Below, in pieces: positions 55,845 to 64,000 of a DNA stretch of 64,000 bases (position 1 is its first letter; each line of letters begins with the position of its first letter). Source of the stretch: Spirochaetia bacterium (GTDB lineage Bacteria > Spirochaetota > Spirochaetia > CAKZLE01); assembly GCA_963677595.1 (NCBI GenBank), contig OY782041.1, positions 1,984,001 to 2,048,000 of the forward strand. Direction: 5' to 3'. Position numbers and translations under genes: made by a program. The notes under the pieces were generated by a model, which had not been told where the DNA came from, made no database searches, and worked only from the letters and a program-made list of their open reading frames with translations.

Positions 55845-56825
55845 ATGGGACTGAAACCACAGGAGATGATCAAGAAGCTCAAAGGGCCTCTCACGATATT
55901 CCCGACCCATTTCAAGGATAACGGGGATCTCGACCTCGATGCGATGCGTGTCTCTGCGGAGTATGCGAAGGAAGTCTATAAAGGGCATGACGGCTGTATG
56001 ATGATAGCCGGCAGTACCAGTGAGTTCTATGCGATGACCGATGAGGAGTCGTTGGCTATGATCAAGACGGTCGCTGACGTGCTGGGAGGATCCGTCCCCC
56101 TGATCGTTGGTACCGGCCGAGCCGCTACACGATTGTCGATAGACATGAGCGTGAAAGCCCAGGACCTGGGCATCGACATGGCGATGATCACCAACCCCTA
56201 CTACATGCATGTGACCGAGGATGGGCTCTACCGCCACTTCTCGCAGATAGCTGAGAAGCTCGATATCGGGGTGATGATCTATGACAACCCGACGACGAGC
56301 AAGATCGCTATCCCCCCGCACCTGATGCAGCGGCTCTCGAAGGTGCCGAACATCATCGGGGTGAAGGAGAATACCACCAGTATCGAGAACTACTACTGGA
56401 TGACGAAGGTCGTGGATCCTGCTGATATGGTCATCACCTGCGGGATCGGTCACCTGACCTATATGTTCGAGGCTCCGCTGGGAGTCCCGGCATTCGTCTC
56501 GGAACTCGTCTGCTTCGCACCGAAGATCGCGTTCGCGATCTACGATGCGGCAGTAGCGAAAGATTACGCGGAAATGAGGCGACAGCTTGACCTGCTGGTA
56601 CCGTACCATCGGTTCGTAGCAGGCTGTGTCGCGAGAAGGAGTATCCCCACTATCCTCGGACAGGAATGGGGAGGAAAGGCCACCTCCGTCTACCAGTCGA
56701 TCCTCAAGAAGGCGATGGAACTGGTAGGACTTCCTGGTGGCATCGTAAGAGAACCGTTAGAGAATATTACCGATGCGGAAGTTGCAGAGCTAAAGAGTGT
56801 CCTGCACTCCATCGGGATAATTTAA
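55845..56825 (+). CDS. DapA/NanA-family lyase #7 (paralog of #1)
   Basis: GSTSEFYAMTDEES, NPYY, YDNP, GVKEN. Confidence 0.9.
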   Translation: MGLKPQEMIKKLKGPLTIFPTHFKDNGDLDLDAMRVSAEYAKEVYKGHDGCMMIAGSTSEFYAMTDEESLAMIKTVADVLGGSVPLIVGTGRAATRLSIDMSVKAQDLGIDMAMITNPYYMHVTEDGLYRHFSQIAEKLDIGVMIYDNPTTSKIAIPPHLMQRLSKVPNIIGVKENTTSIENYYWMTKVVDPADMVITCGIGHLTYMFEAPLGVPAFVSELVCFAPKIAFAIYDAAVAKDYAEMRRQLDLLVPYHRFVAGCVARRSIPTILGQEWGGKATSVYQSILKKAMELVGLPGGIVREPLENITDAEVAELKSVLHSIGII

Positions 56826-56837
56826 TTAAGGAGAAGG

Positions 56838-57809
56838 ATGATGAAAAGACTTTTCGTTCTGTTGATGGTGCTTGCTATGGCAGCTCCAATGGTGTTCGCT
56901 CAGGGTGCTGCTGAGGCAGCTGATGAGTTTCCTACGGAACCGATCAAGCTGATCGTTCCCTGGTCAGCCGGCGGTGGTACTGATGCTATTGCCCGTGCAT
57001 TGGCAAAATCAGGTGAGAAGCACCTTGGTGTACCTGTCGTTGTAGAGAACAAGCCTGGTGGAACCGGTGCTGTAGGCCTTGGAGAGACGGTGAAGGCAAA
57101 ACCAGATGGGTATACCCTTGCTGTACTGCCTGTTGAGCTGAGCTTCCTGAAGGATTCCGGGATCTACCCGTTCGACTTCACGAACTTCACACGGATCATG
57201 AACCTCAACACAGACCCCTCTGCCCTGACTGTGAAGGCAGATGCTCCCTGGAACACCCTGGCTGAGTTCGTCGCTTATGCTGAAGCTAATCCTGGTGCGA
57301 TCAAGATCGGTCACTCAGGAACCGGTATGCTGTGGCACCTCGCAGCTGCATCCCTCGCGCTTGAGACTGGGACTGAGTACACCTATGTTCCGTTCAACGG
57401 AGCTGCAGACGCTATCGCAAGTGTCCTTGGTGACAACATCGATGCAGTCACAGTAAGTGGTGCTGAGGTATCAGCCCAGGTACGTGCCGGCGAGATGAAG
57501 ATCCTTGCAGTATTCGGTGACAGCCGAATGGAAATCTTCCCGGATGTCAAGACTGCTAAAGAGCAGGGATTTGATGTCGTCGTCAACACCTTCCGGGGAC
57601 TCGGTGGTCCTGCAGGCATCCCTGAAGATCGAGTGAAGATCCTCCATGAAGGGTTCAAGGCGATGATGGAAGAACCTGAGTTCATCAAGGTCATCAGCAA
57701 CATGGGTCTCGGTATCGATTACCGAAGCACTGATGATTACTATGCACTGACTGATGATACTGCTGCCAGGTTGGCTCCAGTACTTGAAAGTCTCTTGGAA
57801 ATCCAGTAA
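56838..57809 (+). CDS. tctC: Tripartite tricarboxylate transporter binding protein (Bug/TctC)
   Basis: IVPWSAGGGTD, VENKPGGTG, PDGYTL, VPFNG. Confidence 0.94.
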   Translation: MMKRLFVLLMVLAMAAPMVFAQGAAEAADEFPTEPIKLIVPWSAGGGTDAIARALAKSGEKHLGVPVVVENKPGGTGAVGLGETVKAKPDGYTLAVLPVELSFLKDSGIYPFDFTNFTRIMNLNTDPSALTVKADAPWNTLAEFVAYAEANPGAIKIGHSGTGMLWHLAAASLALETGTEYTYVPFNGAADAIASVLGDNIDAVTVSGAEVSAQVRAGEMKILAVFGDSRMEIFPDVKTAKEQGFDVVVNTFRGLGGPAGIPEDRVKILHEGFKAMMEEPEFIKVISNMGLGIDYRSTDDYYALTDDTAARLAPVLESLLEIQ

Positions 57810-57822
57810 GCGTGTTCAGATA

Positions 57823-57857
57823 GGGTTTTGCTCCGGCTGTATGCCGGGGCAAAGTCC
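57823..57857 (+). terminator. Stem-loop after tctC
   Basis: GGGTTTTGCTCCGGC / GCCGGGGCAAAGTCC. Confidence 0.55.
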
Positions 57858-57875
57858 TATAATAAGGATTGATAC

Positions 57876-58382
57876 ATGAAGTATACACGAAAAGTTGCCT
57901 TGGAGATCGGAATCAATATCCTGTTCATCATGATCGCTGTCGGGATGTTCGCTGTCTCAGGCAATTATAAATTTGTCCGGGGGACCCTCATCGGGGCGAG
58001 GACCTTCCCGATCCTGATCGGGGGGATCATGTCTGTATTTGCCCTCGTCAATATCACGGTCGCATTGAGACGGGAAGCTCCCCAGGACGAGGAGCTGGAT
58101 GTTGAGGAAGATATCGACGAGTCTTCAACAGGCAGGTTCAATGAGTGGCTGCGGAAGTACCGAGTGGGTGCAGCCATCGGCCTGATGGTGATCTATTATC
58201 TGCTGCTGCTGTCTGTCGGCTTCATCGTCGCGACCCTGATCTTCCTGCCAGCAATGCTGTATATCGTTGAGTACAGGAAATGGACGCATGTTGCCCTCGT
58301 GACGGTCATCGGTGTCGCATTTCTCTATGTCGCATTCAAGATCCTGCTTGGAGTACCGCTCCCACAGTCACCGCTATTCTAA
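57876..58382 (+). CDS. tctB: TctB small membrane subunit
   Basis: 4 TM, G.R.FP, GFIVAT, C-terminal LGVPLP. Confidence 0.88.
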   Translation: MKYTRKVALEIGINILFIMIAVGMFAVSGNYKFVRGTLIGARTFPILIGGIMSVFALVNITVALRREAPQDEELDVEEDIDESSTGRFNEWLRKYRVGAAIGLMVIYYLLLLSVGFIVATLIFLPAMLYIVEYRKWTHVALVTVIGVAFLYVAFKILLGVPLPQSPLF

Positions 58383-58396
58383 GGAGAATCAGCACA

Positions 58397-59881
58397 ATGT
58401 TAAATTACCTGTTTGATGGATTCGGTTTTCTATTCACGACGATGGCAGCTCCCGCACTCATGGCTGGAGTGGTACTTGGGATCATCCTCGGAGTCCTCCC
58501 TGGTCTCACTGCAACGATGGGAATTGCGCTTCTCATCCCATTGACCTACTACGTTTCGCCAAGTATTGGATTATCGATGCTCATCGGTATCTTCGCCGGG
58601 GGGATCTATGGTGGGTCAGTTTCAGCCATCCTGCTGAAGACGCCGGGGACTCCTGCCGCAGGGGCGACCCTCCTTGACGGATATCCCCTGGCACAGAGCG
58701 GCCATGCCGGCAAGGCGATCGCTATCGCCACGATCTCAAGTGCGATCGGGGGACTGATCGGGGCCCTCATCCTCTCGTTCCTTGCACCGCAGATCGCGAA
58801 GATCGCTGTGAAGTTCGGGCCACCGGAATATGTACTTCTCGGTGTCTACGGCTTGACGATGATCTCCTTCGTTTCGGGAAAATCCCTGATCCGGGGCCTG
58901 TTTGCCGGATGTATCGGCCTGCTGATCTCGACGTTCGGGATCGACCCGATCACCAGTGTCCCCCGATTCACCTTCGGGACGCTCAACCTCCTTACCGGGT
59001 TCGAGCTGCTTCCCATCCTCATCGGGATCTTCGCGATGTCCCAGGCCATAGAGGGTGTGCGTGACTCAAGGAAGATAGCACCCCCGCAAGTCAAGCTGAC
59101 CAGCGTCGGGATCTCGATCAAGGAATTCCTGCGCATTCTGCCGCATATCGTGAAGAGTGCGTTCATCGGGACCTTCGTAGGGGCAGTCCCCGGGACCGGT
59201 ACTGATATAGCAGCATTCCTCTCCTATGGTGAGGCTAAGCGGTCCTCGAAACACCCCGAAGAGTTCGGAACCGGTGCCCTTGAAGGGGTGGCGGCACCGG
59301 AAGCCGGGAATAACGCCTGTGTGAACGGGGCAATGATTCCTATGTTTACGCTCGGAATCCCAGGGGAGGCGGCGACTGCAGTCATCCTCGGGGGACTCAT
59401 GGTCCTCGGTCTCCAGCCTGGTCCGCTCCTGTTCACCGATTCACCTGATGTGATCTATACGGTGTTCGCCAGTACGATCACATCCAACCTGTTCATGATC
59501 GTTTTGGGTATCCTCGGAGCACGGTTCTTTGCCAAGGTCCTGTCGCTTCCGAAGAGTGTCATCGTCTCATTCATCTTTGTCTTCTCGGTTCTGGGAGCCT
59601 ATTCGATGAGGAACAGCATGTTCGACATCATCGTCATGATGAGTGCCGGTCTGCTGGGGTATATCTTCTCTGTTATCGATTACCCCGTACCCCCAGTGCT
59701 GCTGGGAGTGATCCTCGGGCCGCTGGTAGAGTCGAATCTTGGAAGGACGCTGCTGGTATCAGACGGGAACCTGACGATCTTCTTCAAGCGCCCGATCTCG
59801 ATATTCTTCATCCTGATCATCGTGGGCACTATCAGTTCGAATGTGTACAAACACTTTAAAGCAAAGCGGACTTCCGCCTGA
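58397..59881 (+). CDS. tctA: TctA large membrane subunit
   Basis: GVLPGL, YGGS, PGTP, DGYP, APEAGNNA, TLGIPG, GLQPGP; start ATG 58397 after AGGAG. Confidence 0.94.
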   Translation: MLNYLFDGFGFLFTTMAAPALMAGVVLGIILGVLPGLTATMGIALLIPLTYYVSPSIGLSMLIGIFAGGIYGGSVSAILLKTPGTPAAGATLLDGYPLAQSGHAGKAIAIATISSAIGGLIGALILSFLAPQIAKIAVKFGPPEYVLLGVYGLTMISFVSGKSLIRGLFAGCIGLLISTFGIDPITSVPRFTFGTLNLLTGFELLPILIGIFAMSQAIEGVRDSRKIAPPQVKLTSVGISIKEFLRILPHIVKSAFIGTFVGAVPGTGTDIAAFLSYGEAKRSSKHPEEFGTGALEGVAAPEAGNNACVNGAMIPMFTLGIPGEAATAVILGGLMVLGLQPGPLLFTDSPDVIYTVFASTITSNLFMIVLGILGARFFAKVLSLPKSVIVSFIFVFSVLGAYSMRNSMFDIIVMMSAGLLGYIFSVIDYPVPPVLLGVILGPLVESNLGRTLLVSDGNLTIFFKRPISIFFILIIVGTISSNVYKHFKAKRTSA

Positions 59882-59911
59882 AGGAACCGCAGACTCAAGG
59901 AGAAATAAAAG

Positions 59912-60739
59912 ATGAAAGATACGTTATTCAGTGTGGAAGGCAAAGTAGCCATCGTTACCGGGGCCCTCGGACAGCTTGGGGCACAGTTCGCGAACGAACT
60001 GCTGAGCCGGGGCGCCAAGGTCGCTGTCTTTGGGAGGACCCTGCGACAGGGGTCGATAGAAAGCCTCTACACAAAAGAGGATCGGGATGCAGGGAATGTG
60101 ACCTTCCATCAGGTCGATATCGCCGATAAAGCGAGCATTACCAAAGGTGTCTCAGAAGTGGTCTCCAATTTTGGAGTCCCCCACATCCTGGTGAACAATG
60201 CCGGGATCGATACACAGCCGAGTGCACCGCCCGAGGTGTCCGGACCCTTCGAAAAGTTCCCGGAGGAAGTATTCCGTGAGGTCGTTGATGTGAACCTTAC
60301 CGGGACATTCCTGATGATCCAGGCTGTCGGAGCCCTCATGGCTGAAGAAGGGCGAGGCTCTATCATCAACATCGGGTCGATCTACGGCATGCTCTCCCCG
60401 GTACAGGATATCTACGCGTACAAGGCAGAGAAGACCGGGGTCCCCTTCATCAAGCCAGTCGCATACTCCGCCGCGAAATCGGGTCTCTATAACCTAACAC
60501 GATACTGCGCTACCTACTGGGGAAAGAAGGGCGTTCGTGTGAACATACTCTCTCCAAGCGGGGTATTCCGTGATACGCAGGATGCTGAGTTCCAGAAGAA
60601 CTACTGTAACCGTATCCCTATCGGCAGGATGGCTAGGTCTGAGGAGTATAACGGAGCGATCATCTTCCTCGCTTCCGATGCATCGATCTATATGACCGGG
60701 GCGAACCTGGTGATGGACGGTGGTTGGACCGCATGGTAG
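59912..60739 (+). CDS. SDR family oxidoreductase
   Basis: TGALGQLG, NNAG, GSIYG..SP...IY, YSAAK, MTGANL.MDGGWTAW. Confidence 0.92.
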   Translation: MKDTLFSVEGKVAIVTGALGQLGAQFANELLSRGAKVAVFGRTLRQGSIESLYTKEDRDAGNVTFHQVDIADKASITKGVSEVVSNFGVPHILVNNAGIDTQPSAPPEVSGPFEKFPEEVFREVVDVNLTGTFLMIQAVGALMAEEGRGSIINIGSIYGMLSPVQDIYAYKAEKTGVPFIKPVAYSAAKSGLYNLTRYCATYWGKKGVRVNILSPSGVFRDTQDAEFQKNYCNRIPIGRMARSEEYNGAIIFLASDASIYMTGANLVMDGGWTAW

Positions 60740-61623
60740 CTTCAGGAACGAATCCCCTGAGTGGGATCTATTCAGCACTCATCACCCCGATGGATGCTGG
60801 GGAGCAGGTCAATATCCCGGTCCTGCGCGAGATCGTGGAATACCAGATCCAGAAGGGGGTGGAGGGGTTCTACTGCTGCGGCTCATCAGGGGAAGCACTG
60901 CTGCTTTCCCATGAGGAACGCGAGTTGATCGTCAAGACCGTCGCTGAACAGGTGGCAGGAAGGGTCCCCGTCATTGCCCATGTGGGCACGCTCAGGACCC
61001 GGGATACCGTGATGCTTGCCCGGCGTGCCATAGATGACGGGGCATCTGCGGTCTCGATGATCCCTCCTTACTACTACAAATTCTCACAGACTGAGATCCT
61101 CGGTTACTATGAGGATGTGGTCGCCGAAGCGAAGGTCCCGGTCATCATCTATAATATCCCGCAATTCACGGGGATCTCATTCACCAAGGAGAATGCCGGA
61201 TCTCTGCTGGAAAGGGAAGAGGTGATAGGCGTCAAGCACACATCCTCCGACCTGTACGGGCTGGAGCGGATGAAGAGTGCATTCCCTGACAAGCTCTATT
61301 TCAATGGGTTTGATGAGACCTTCCTCTCTGCGCTCTCAGCAGGTGCGGATTCTGCGATAGGGACTACGGTCAACCTGTTTGCCCCGCGATTCACGAAGAT
61401 CCGTGACCTGTTCAAGGCAGGGAACATAGTGGAAGCCCAGGTCGAGCAGACCAAGGCGAATACCTGTGTGGAACTGCTGGTAAAACATGGGATCTTCAAC
61501 GGGGTGAAATATGCACTTACCCTGCAGGGATTCGAGAGCGGGTCCTGCAGGGCTCCCTTCAAACCCCTTACAGCTGAAGCGAAGGAAGAGATCGCACAGC
61601 TGATGAACGAGTACAGCCTGTAA
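60733..61623 (+). CDS. N-acetylneuraminate lyase-like DapA/NanA family member #8
   Basis: GIYSALITP, GSSGE, IAHVG, PPYYY, YNIP, KHTS, NGFDE, AIGTT.N; the most NanA-like of the eight. Confidence 0.85.
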   Translation: MVASGTNPLSGIYSALITPMDAGEQVNIPVLREIVEYQIQKGVEGFYCCGSSGEALLLSHEERELIVKTVAEQVAGRVPVIAHVGTLRTRDTVMLARRAIDDGASAVSMIPPYYYKFSQTEILGYYEDVVAEAKVPVIIYNIPQFTGISFTKENAGSLLEREEVIGVKHTSSDLYGLERMKSAFPDKLYFNGFDETFLSALSAGADSAIGTTVNLFAPRFTKIRDLFKAGNIVEAQVEQTKANTCVELLVKHGIFNGVKYALTLQGFESGSCRAPFKPLTAEAKEEIAQLMNEYSL

Positions 61624-61636
61624 CCACATGTAACAG

Positions 61637-61662
61637 CCTGATACGGGTCGTCCCGTATCAGG
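61637..61662 (+). terminator. Terminator of the tct/nanA-like operon
   Basis: CCTGATACGGG-tcgt-CCCGTATCAGG followed by CCCGTTCTTT. Confidence 0.7.
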
Positions 61663-61812
61663 CCCGTTCTTTCATACCACGGTTCCCAAGTCCTTTCTTG
61701 GCTTGGAAGATGCTATCGAACAGAGTAGAGACAACAAAAACCCCCTTTAGAACTGCGTTATTCGCTGACAAGGGGTAAAACCACTATTTGTCAAGAAGTA
61801 TATGCATAAATA

Positions 61813-61841
61813 TTGACTAATTGTCTGATATCAGATATTTT
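61813..61841 (+). promoter_or_regulatory. Promoter with FadR-type operator upstream of small ORF
   Basis: TTGACT (61813) -17 bp- TATTTT (61836); TGTCTGATATCAGATA (61822-61837) covers the spacer. Confidence 0.65.
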
Positions 61842-61876
61842 ATCGATAAATATTTATATTTTCGAGGTGTTGGCAG

Positions 61877-62044
61877 ATGGCACAGAAAGGCAAGAAGAAA
61901 CAGCGTATCGGAAGTGCATTAGCAAGTTTCGGTAAATCCAGCAGAAACTGGCTGGCAAGTTCTTTCAGGGACGCTTTGAAGGACGAGGCTAAGAACGACC
62001 AAGATAGGGATGTGGTTGGTTCGTATCGGTATTACGGACTATAG
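61877..62044 (+). CDS. Small hypothetical protein, 55 aa
   Basis: MAQKGKKKQRIGSALASFGKSSRNWLASSFRDALKDEAKNDQDRDVVGSYRYYGL; RBS GAGGTG 7 nt upstream, own promoter and terminator; absent from the ORF track. Confidence 0.65.
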   Translation: MAQKGKKKQRIGSALASFGKSSRNWLASSFRDALKDEAKNDQDRDVVGSYRYYGL

Positions 62045-62061
62045 AGCAAGGAAGAGCATTG

Positions 62062-62087
62062 CCCACGGGATTGACCGTGGGTTTTTT
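62062..62087 (+). terminator. Intrinsic terminator after small ORF
   Basis: CCCACGG-gattga-CCGTGGG-TTTTTT. Confidence 0.8.
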
Positions 62088-62092
62088 ATAGG

Positions 62093-62851
62093 TCACCCAT
62101 ACTGCTTGATGAACAGGTTGATGATGGTTGCAGCCACTACCAGGATGAAGAAGATCCTGATGAACTTCGTCCCCCGTGTTATGACGAGGTGGGTCCCGAC
62201 CCAGGAGCCGGCGAACTGTCCTGCCCCCATGAGCAGTCCCACTGCTATGATGACCTTCCCCGAGAAGAGGAACACGATCAATGATATGATGTTGCTCGTG
62301 AAGTTCATGGCCTTGGTGGCAGCTGTCGCCTTCTTGAGGTTGTAGCCGGCGAGGGTAGCCAGCGCGATGGTCCAGAAAGAGCCTGTCCCGGGGCCGAAGA
62401 AGCCGTCATAGAACCCGAGCAGTAAGCCGAAGCAGATGAAGAGCAGGGGTTCTGCCATTTTCCTCGGTGTATCCTCTGCCCCCAGTTTAGGGCTGGCGAT
62501 CGTGTAGATGAGGAGGGCGAGGAGCACGAAGGGGATGACCTTGCTCAAGGCGCTCGCATCCACCCTCTGGATCAGCAGTGCCCCTGTGGTCGCTCCGATT
62601 GCGGTGAATACGATACCTATGAACACCCTCCGTAATGAGACCAGCCCGCTGTGGCGGTAGCGCATCATCGAGGTGAAGGACCCGAAGGAGGCCTGCAGCT
62701 TGTTGGTGGCGATCGCCGCATGGGGCGGGATGCCCACCGAGAGCAGGACCGGCATGCTGATGATGCCGCCGCCTCCGGCGATGGCATCGACCAGCCCGGA
62801 GAGGGCTGCACCGAGAAAGAGCATAAGGTACTGATACACTGTAAGATCCAT
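62093..62851 (-). CDS. TSUP (TauE/SafE, YfcA-like) membrane protein
   Basis: VDAIAGGGG, ATNKLQ, GFYDGFFGPGTG, NFTSN. Confidence 0.93.
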   Translation of the reverse strand: MDLTVYQYLMLFLGAALSGLVDAIAGGGGIISMPVLLSVGIPPHAAIATNKLQASFGSFTSMMRYRHSGLVSLRRVFIGIVFTAIGATTGALLIQRVDASALSKVIPFVLLALLIYTIASPKLGAEDTPRKMAEPLLFICFGLLLGFYDGFFGPGTGSFWTIALATLAGYNLKKATAATKAMNFTSNIISLIVFLFSGKVIIAVGLLMGAGQFAGSWVGTHLVITRGTKFIRIFFILVVAATIINLFIKQYG

Positions 62852-62912
62852 GACACACCTCTGAAGACAATACAGTATCAGTAGCCTGTTTTCCGGAATT
62901 AATCAAGGAAGC

Positions 62913-63584
62913 TCATAACTCTTTTTTCCTGAATATCCTGATAGAGACGATGTAGCTGATGCTGAAGACCAGGAGGGCGATGAGTAAGAGCGTGGTATTC
63001 CTCTGCGGTACTGACCAGGAGGTATACCAGGCTATGATCCTGTCAAGCAGGTTCGGCCCGTCATCCGCGGAGGCGAGCATGAGAATGAACCCCACCTGCA
63101 GTGCGACTCCCAGCCCGACGAGCCCGATCAGGAAGTACTTCACGACCAGCACCCCGAACCGCAGGTAGAAGGGAACCAGGAGTGAAATGAACATCATGCC
63201 CGTGATAATCCGTACCGCATCGAGGGGATCCACTACTCCCCGCGTCAGGGGGAGGAAGCCGCTGCTGAAGATGAGCGTGAATACCGCAGTCGAAGCCGCC
63301 CCGAAGAGGGTGCCGAGAAGGAGCAGCAGCATCTTCTCATGGACGACCGCATCCCGTTCTACCGGGAGGCTCATGAGGAAACGGTAGGTCTTAGCCTTGT
63401 CGGACTTGAAGCTCCCGGAGATGACCAGGAAGCCGACCATGATGCTCGAGAAGACGAATATGAAGGATACATCGGGGGCTTCGCCCAAGATCGAGAAGAG
63501 GATGAAGAACAGCAGGCTGTAGAGCCCGTAGAAGGGCAGTATCTTCCTCTGGCTGAGGAAATCCTTAGTCAGCAGTGTTCTCAT
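62913..63584 (-). CDS. ABC-2 type exporter permease
   Basis: Start MRTLLTKDF at 63584 after GGAGG; SLPV.R..VV.EK motif; multiple TM. Confidence 0.82.
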   Translation of the reverse strand: MRTLLTKDFLSQRKILPFYGLYSLLFFILFSILGEAPDVSFIFVFSSIMVGFLVISGSFKSDKAKTYRFLMSLPVERDAVVHEKMLLLLLGTLFGAASTAVFTLIFSSGFLPLTRGVVDPLDAVRIITGMMFISLLVPFYLRFGVLVVKYFLIGLVGLGVALQVGFILMLASADDGPNLLDRIIAWYTSWSVPQRNTTLLLIALLVFSISYIVSIRIFRKKEL

Positions 63585-63999
63585 ATGCAGTACCTCCCTG
63601 TGAATAGATGAAGAGATCTTCGATCGTGGGTCGCTCGAAGACTGCCTTCGGACCGAGCAGTCCCTTGAGCCTGACGGGATCTGCCGTGAGCCCGACGAAG
63701 CTGTAGGGGTGCTCTTCACAGCCGATGAACTGTTCCCTGATATCATCGGTGACGGCTGCTGGGTCGCACCGGCAGAGGGCATACTCCTCCCTGAGTTCCT
63801 CGATGCTGACCTGCTTCACGAGTTTCCCGGCATCGAGTACGGCTATATGGTCAGCGATCTGCTCCAGGTCGCTCGTGATATGGGTCGAGATGATGATCGT
63901 CCGGTGTTCTCTCATCATCTCCCTGCGGAGCAGGTCATACAGTTCCTTCCTGACGAGCGGGTCCAGCCCGGAGCTCGGCTCATCCATGATGAGCAGTTC
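63565..63999 (-). CDS. ABC transporter ATP-binding protein (C-terminal part, 5' end outside window)
   Basis: Walker B/D-loop LLIMDEPSSGLD, H-loop ISTH. Confidence 0.92.
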   Translation of the reverse strand, partial: ELLIMDEPSSGLDPLVRKELYDLLRREMMREHRTIIISTHITSDLEQIADHIAVLDAGKLVKQVSIEELREEYALCRCDPAAVTDDIREQFIGCEEHPYSFVGLTADPVRLKGLLGPKAVFERPTIEDLFIYSQGGTAYENTAD

Positions 64000-64000
64000 C

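Noticed and set aside
62010-62345. 111-aa plus-strand ORF overlapping the TSUP 3' end
   Set aside because: It crosses an intrinsic terminator and is antisense to TSUP; the 61877-62044 ORF has the better signals.
1-64000. rRNA, tRNA, CRISPR, prophage or integrase
   Set aside because: None recognised on reading either strand; nearly all sequence is accounted for by protein-coding genes.

Overview
Bacterial chromosomal window, probably from a free-living spirochaete. This is inferred from secreted binding proteins with signal-peptide ends such as FAGGQQE, FAGGSSE, TAQGQAE and FAQGAAE. From left to right: (1) a partial nitronate-monooxygenase-family gene and a TAXI-TRAP transporter with two binding proteins. 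(2) An Rpn/PD-(D/E)XK nuclease followed by a free-standing duplicate of its own C-terminal part. (3) An Rrf2-cysK-metY-metA sulfur amino acid operon. (4) A ROK-regulated ABC + 2x GH31 locus whose gene order and motifs match the Listeria cycloalternan uptake/degradation operon. (5) A ~41 kb (20.9-62 kb) organic/sugar-acid catabolic island with 8 DapA/NanA-family Schiff-base lyase genes, 3 LarA-family nickel-pincer racemase/epimerase genes, 3 DctPQM TRAP systems, a TctCBA transporter, an EtfBA-LctD-type dehydrogenase operon, UxaA, two D-2-hydroxyacid dehydrogenases, an M20 hydrolase, two SDRs and five regulators. The island has readable operator palindromes, a near-identical 988-bp internal duplication, a C-terminally membrane-anchored DctP and an unannotated 55-aa ORF under the island operator. 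(6) A TSUP gene and the end of an ABC-2 exporter. No rRNA, tRNA, CRISPR array or intact IS element was seen. All functional calls come from motif recognition by eye, not from database searches.
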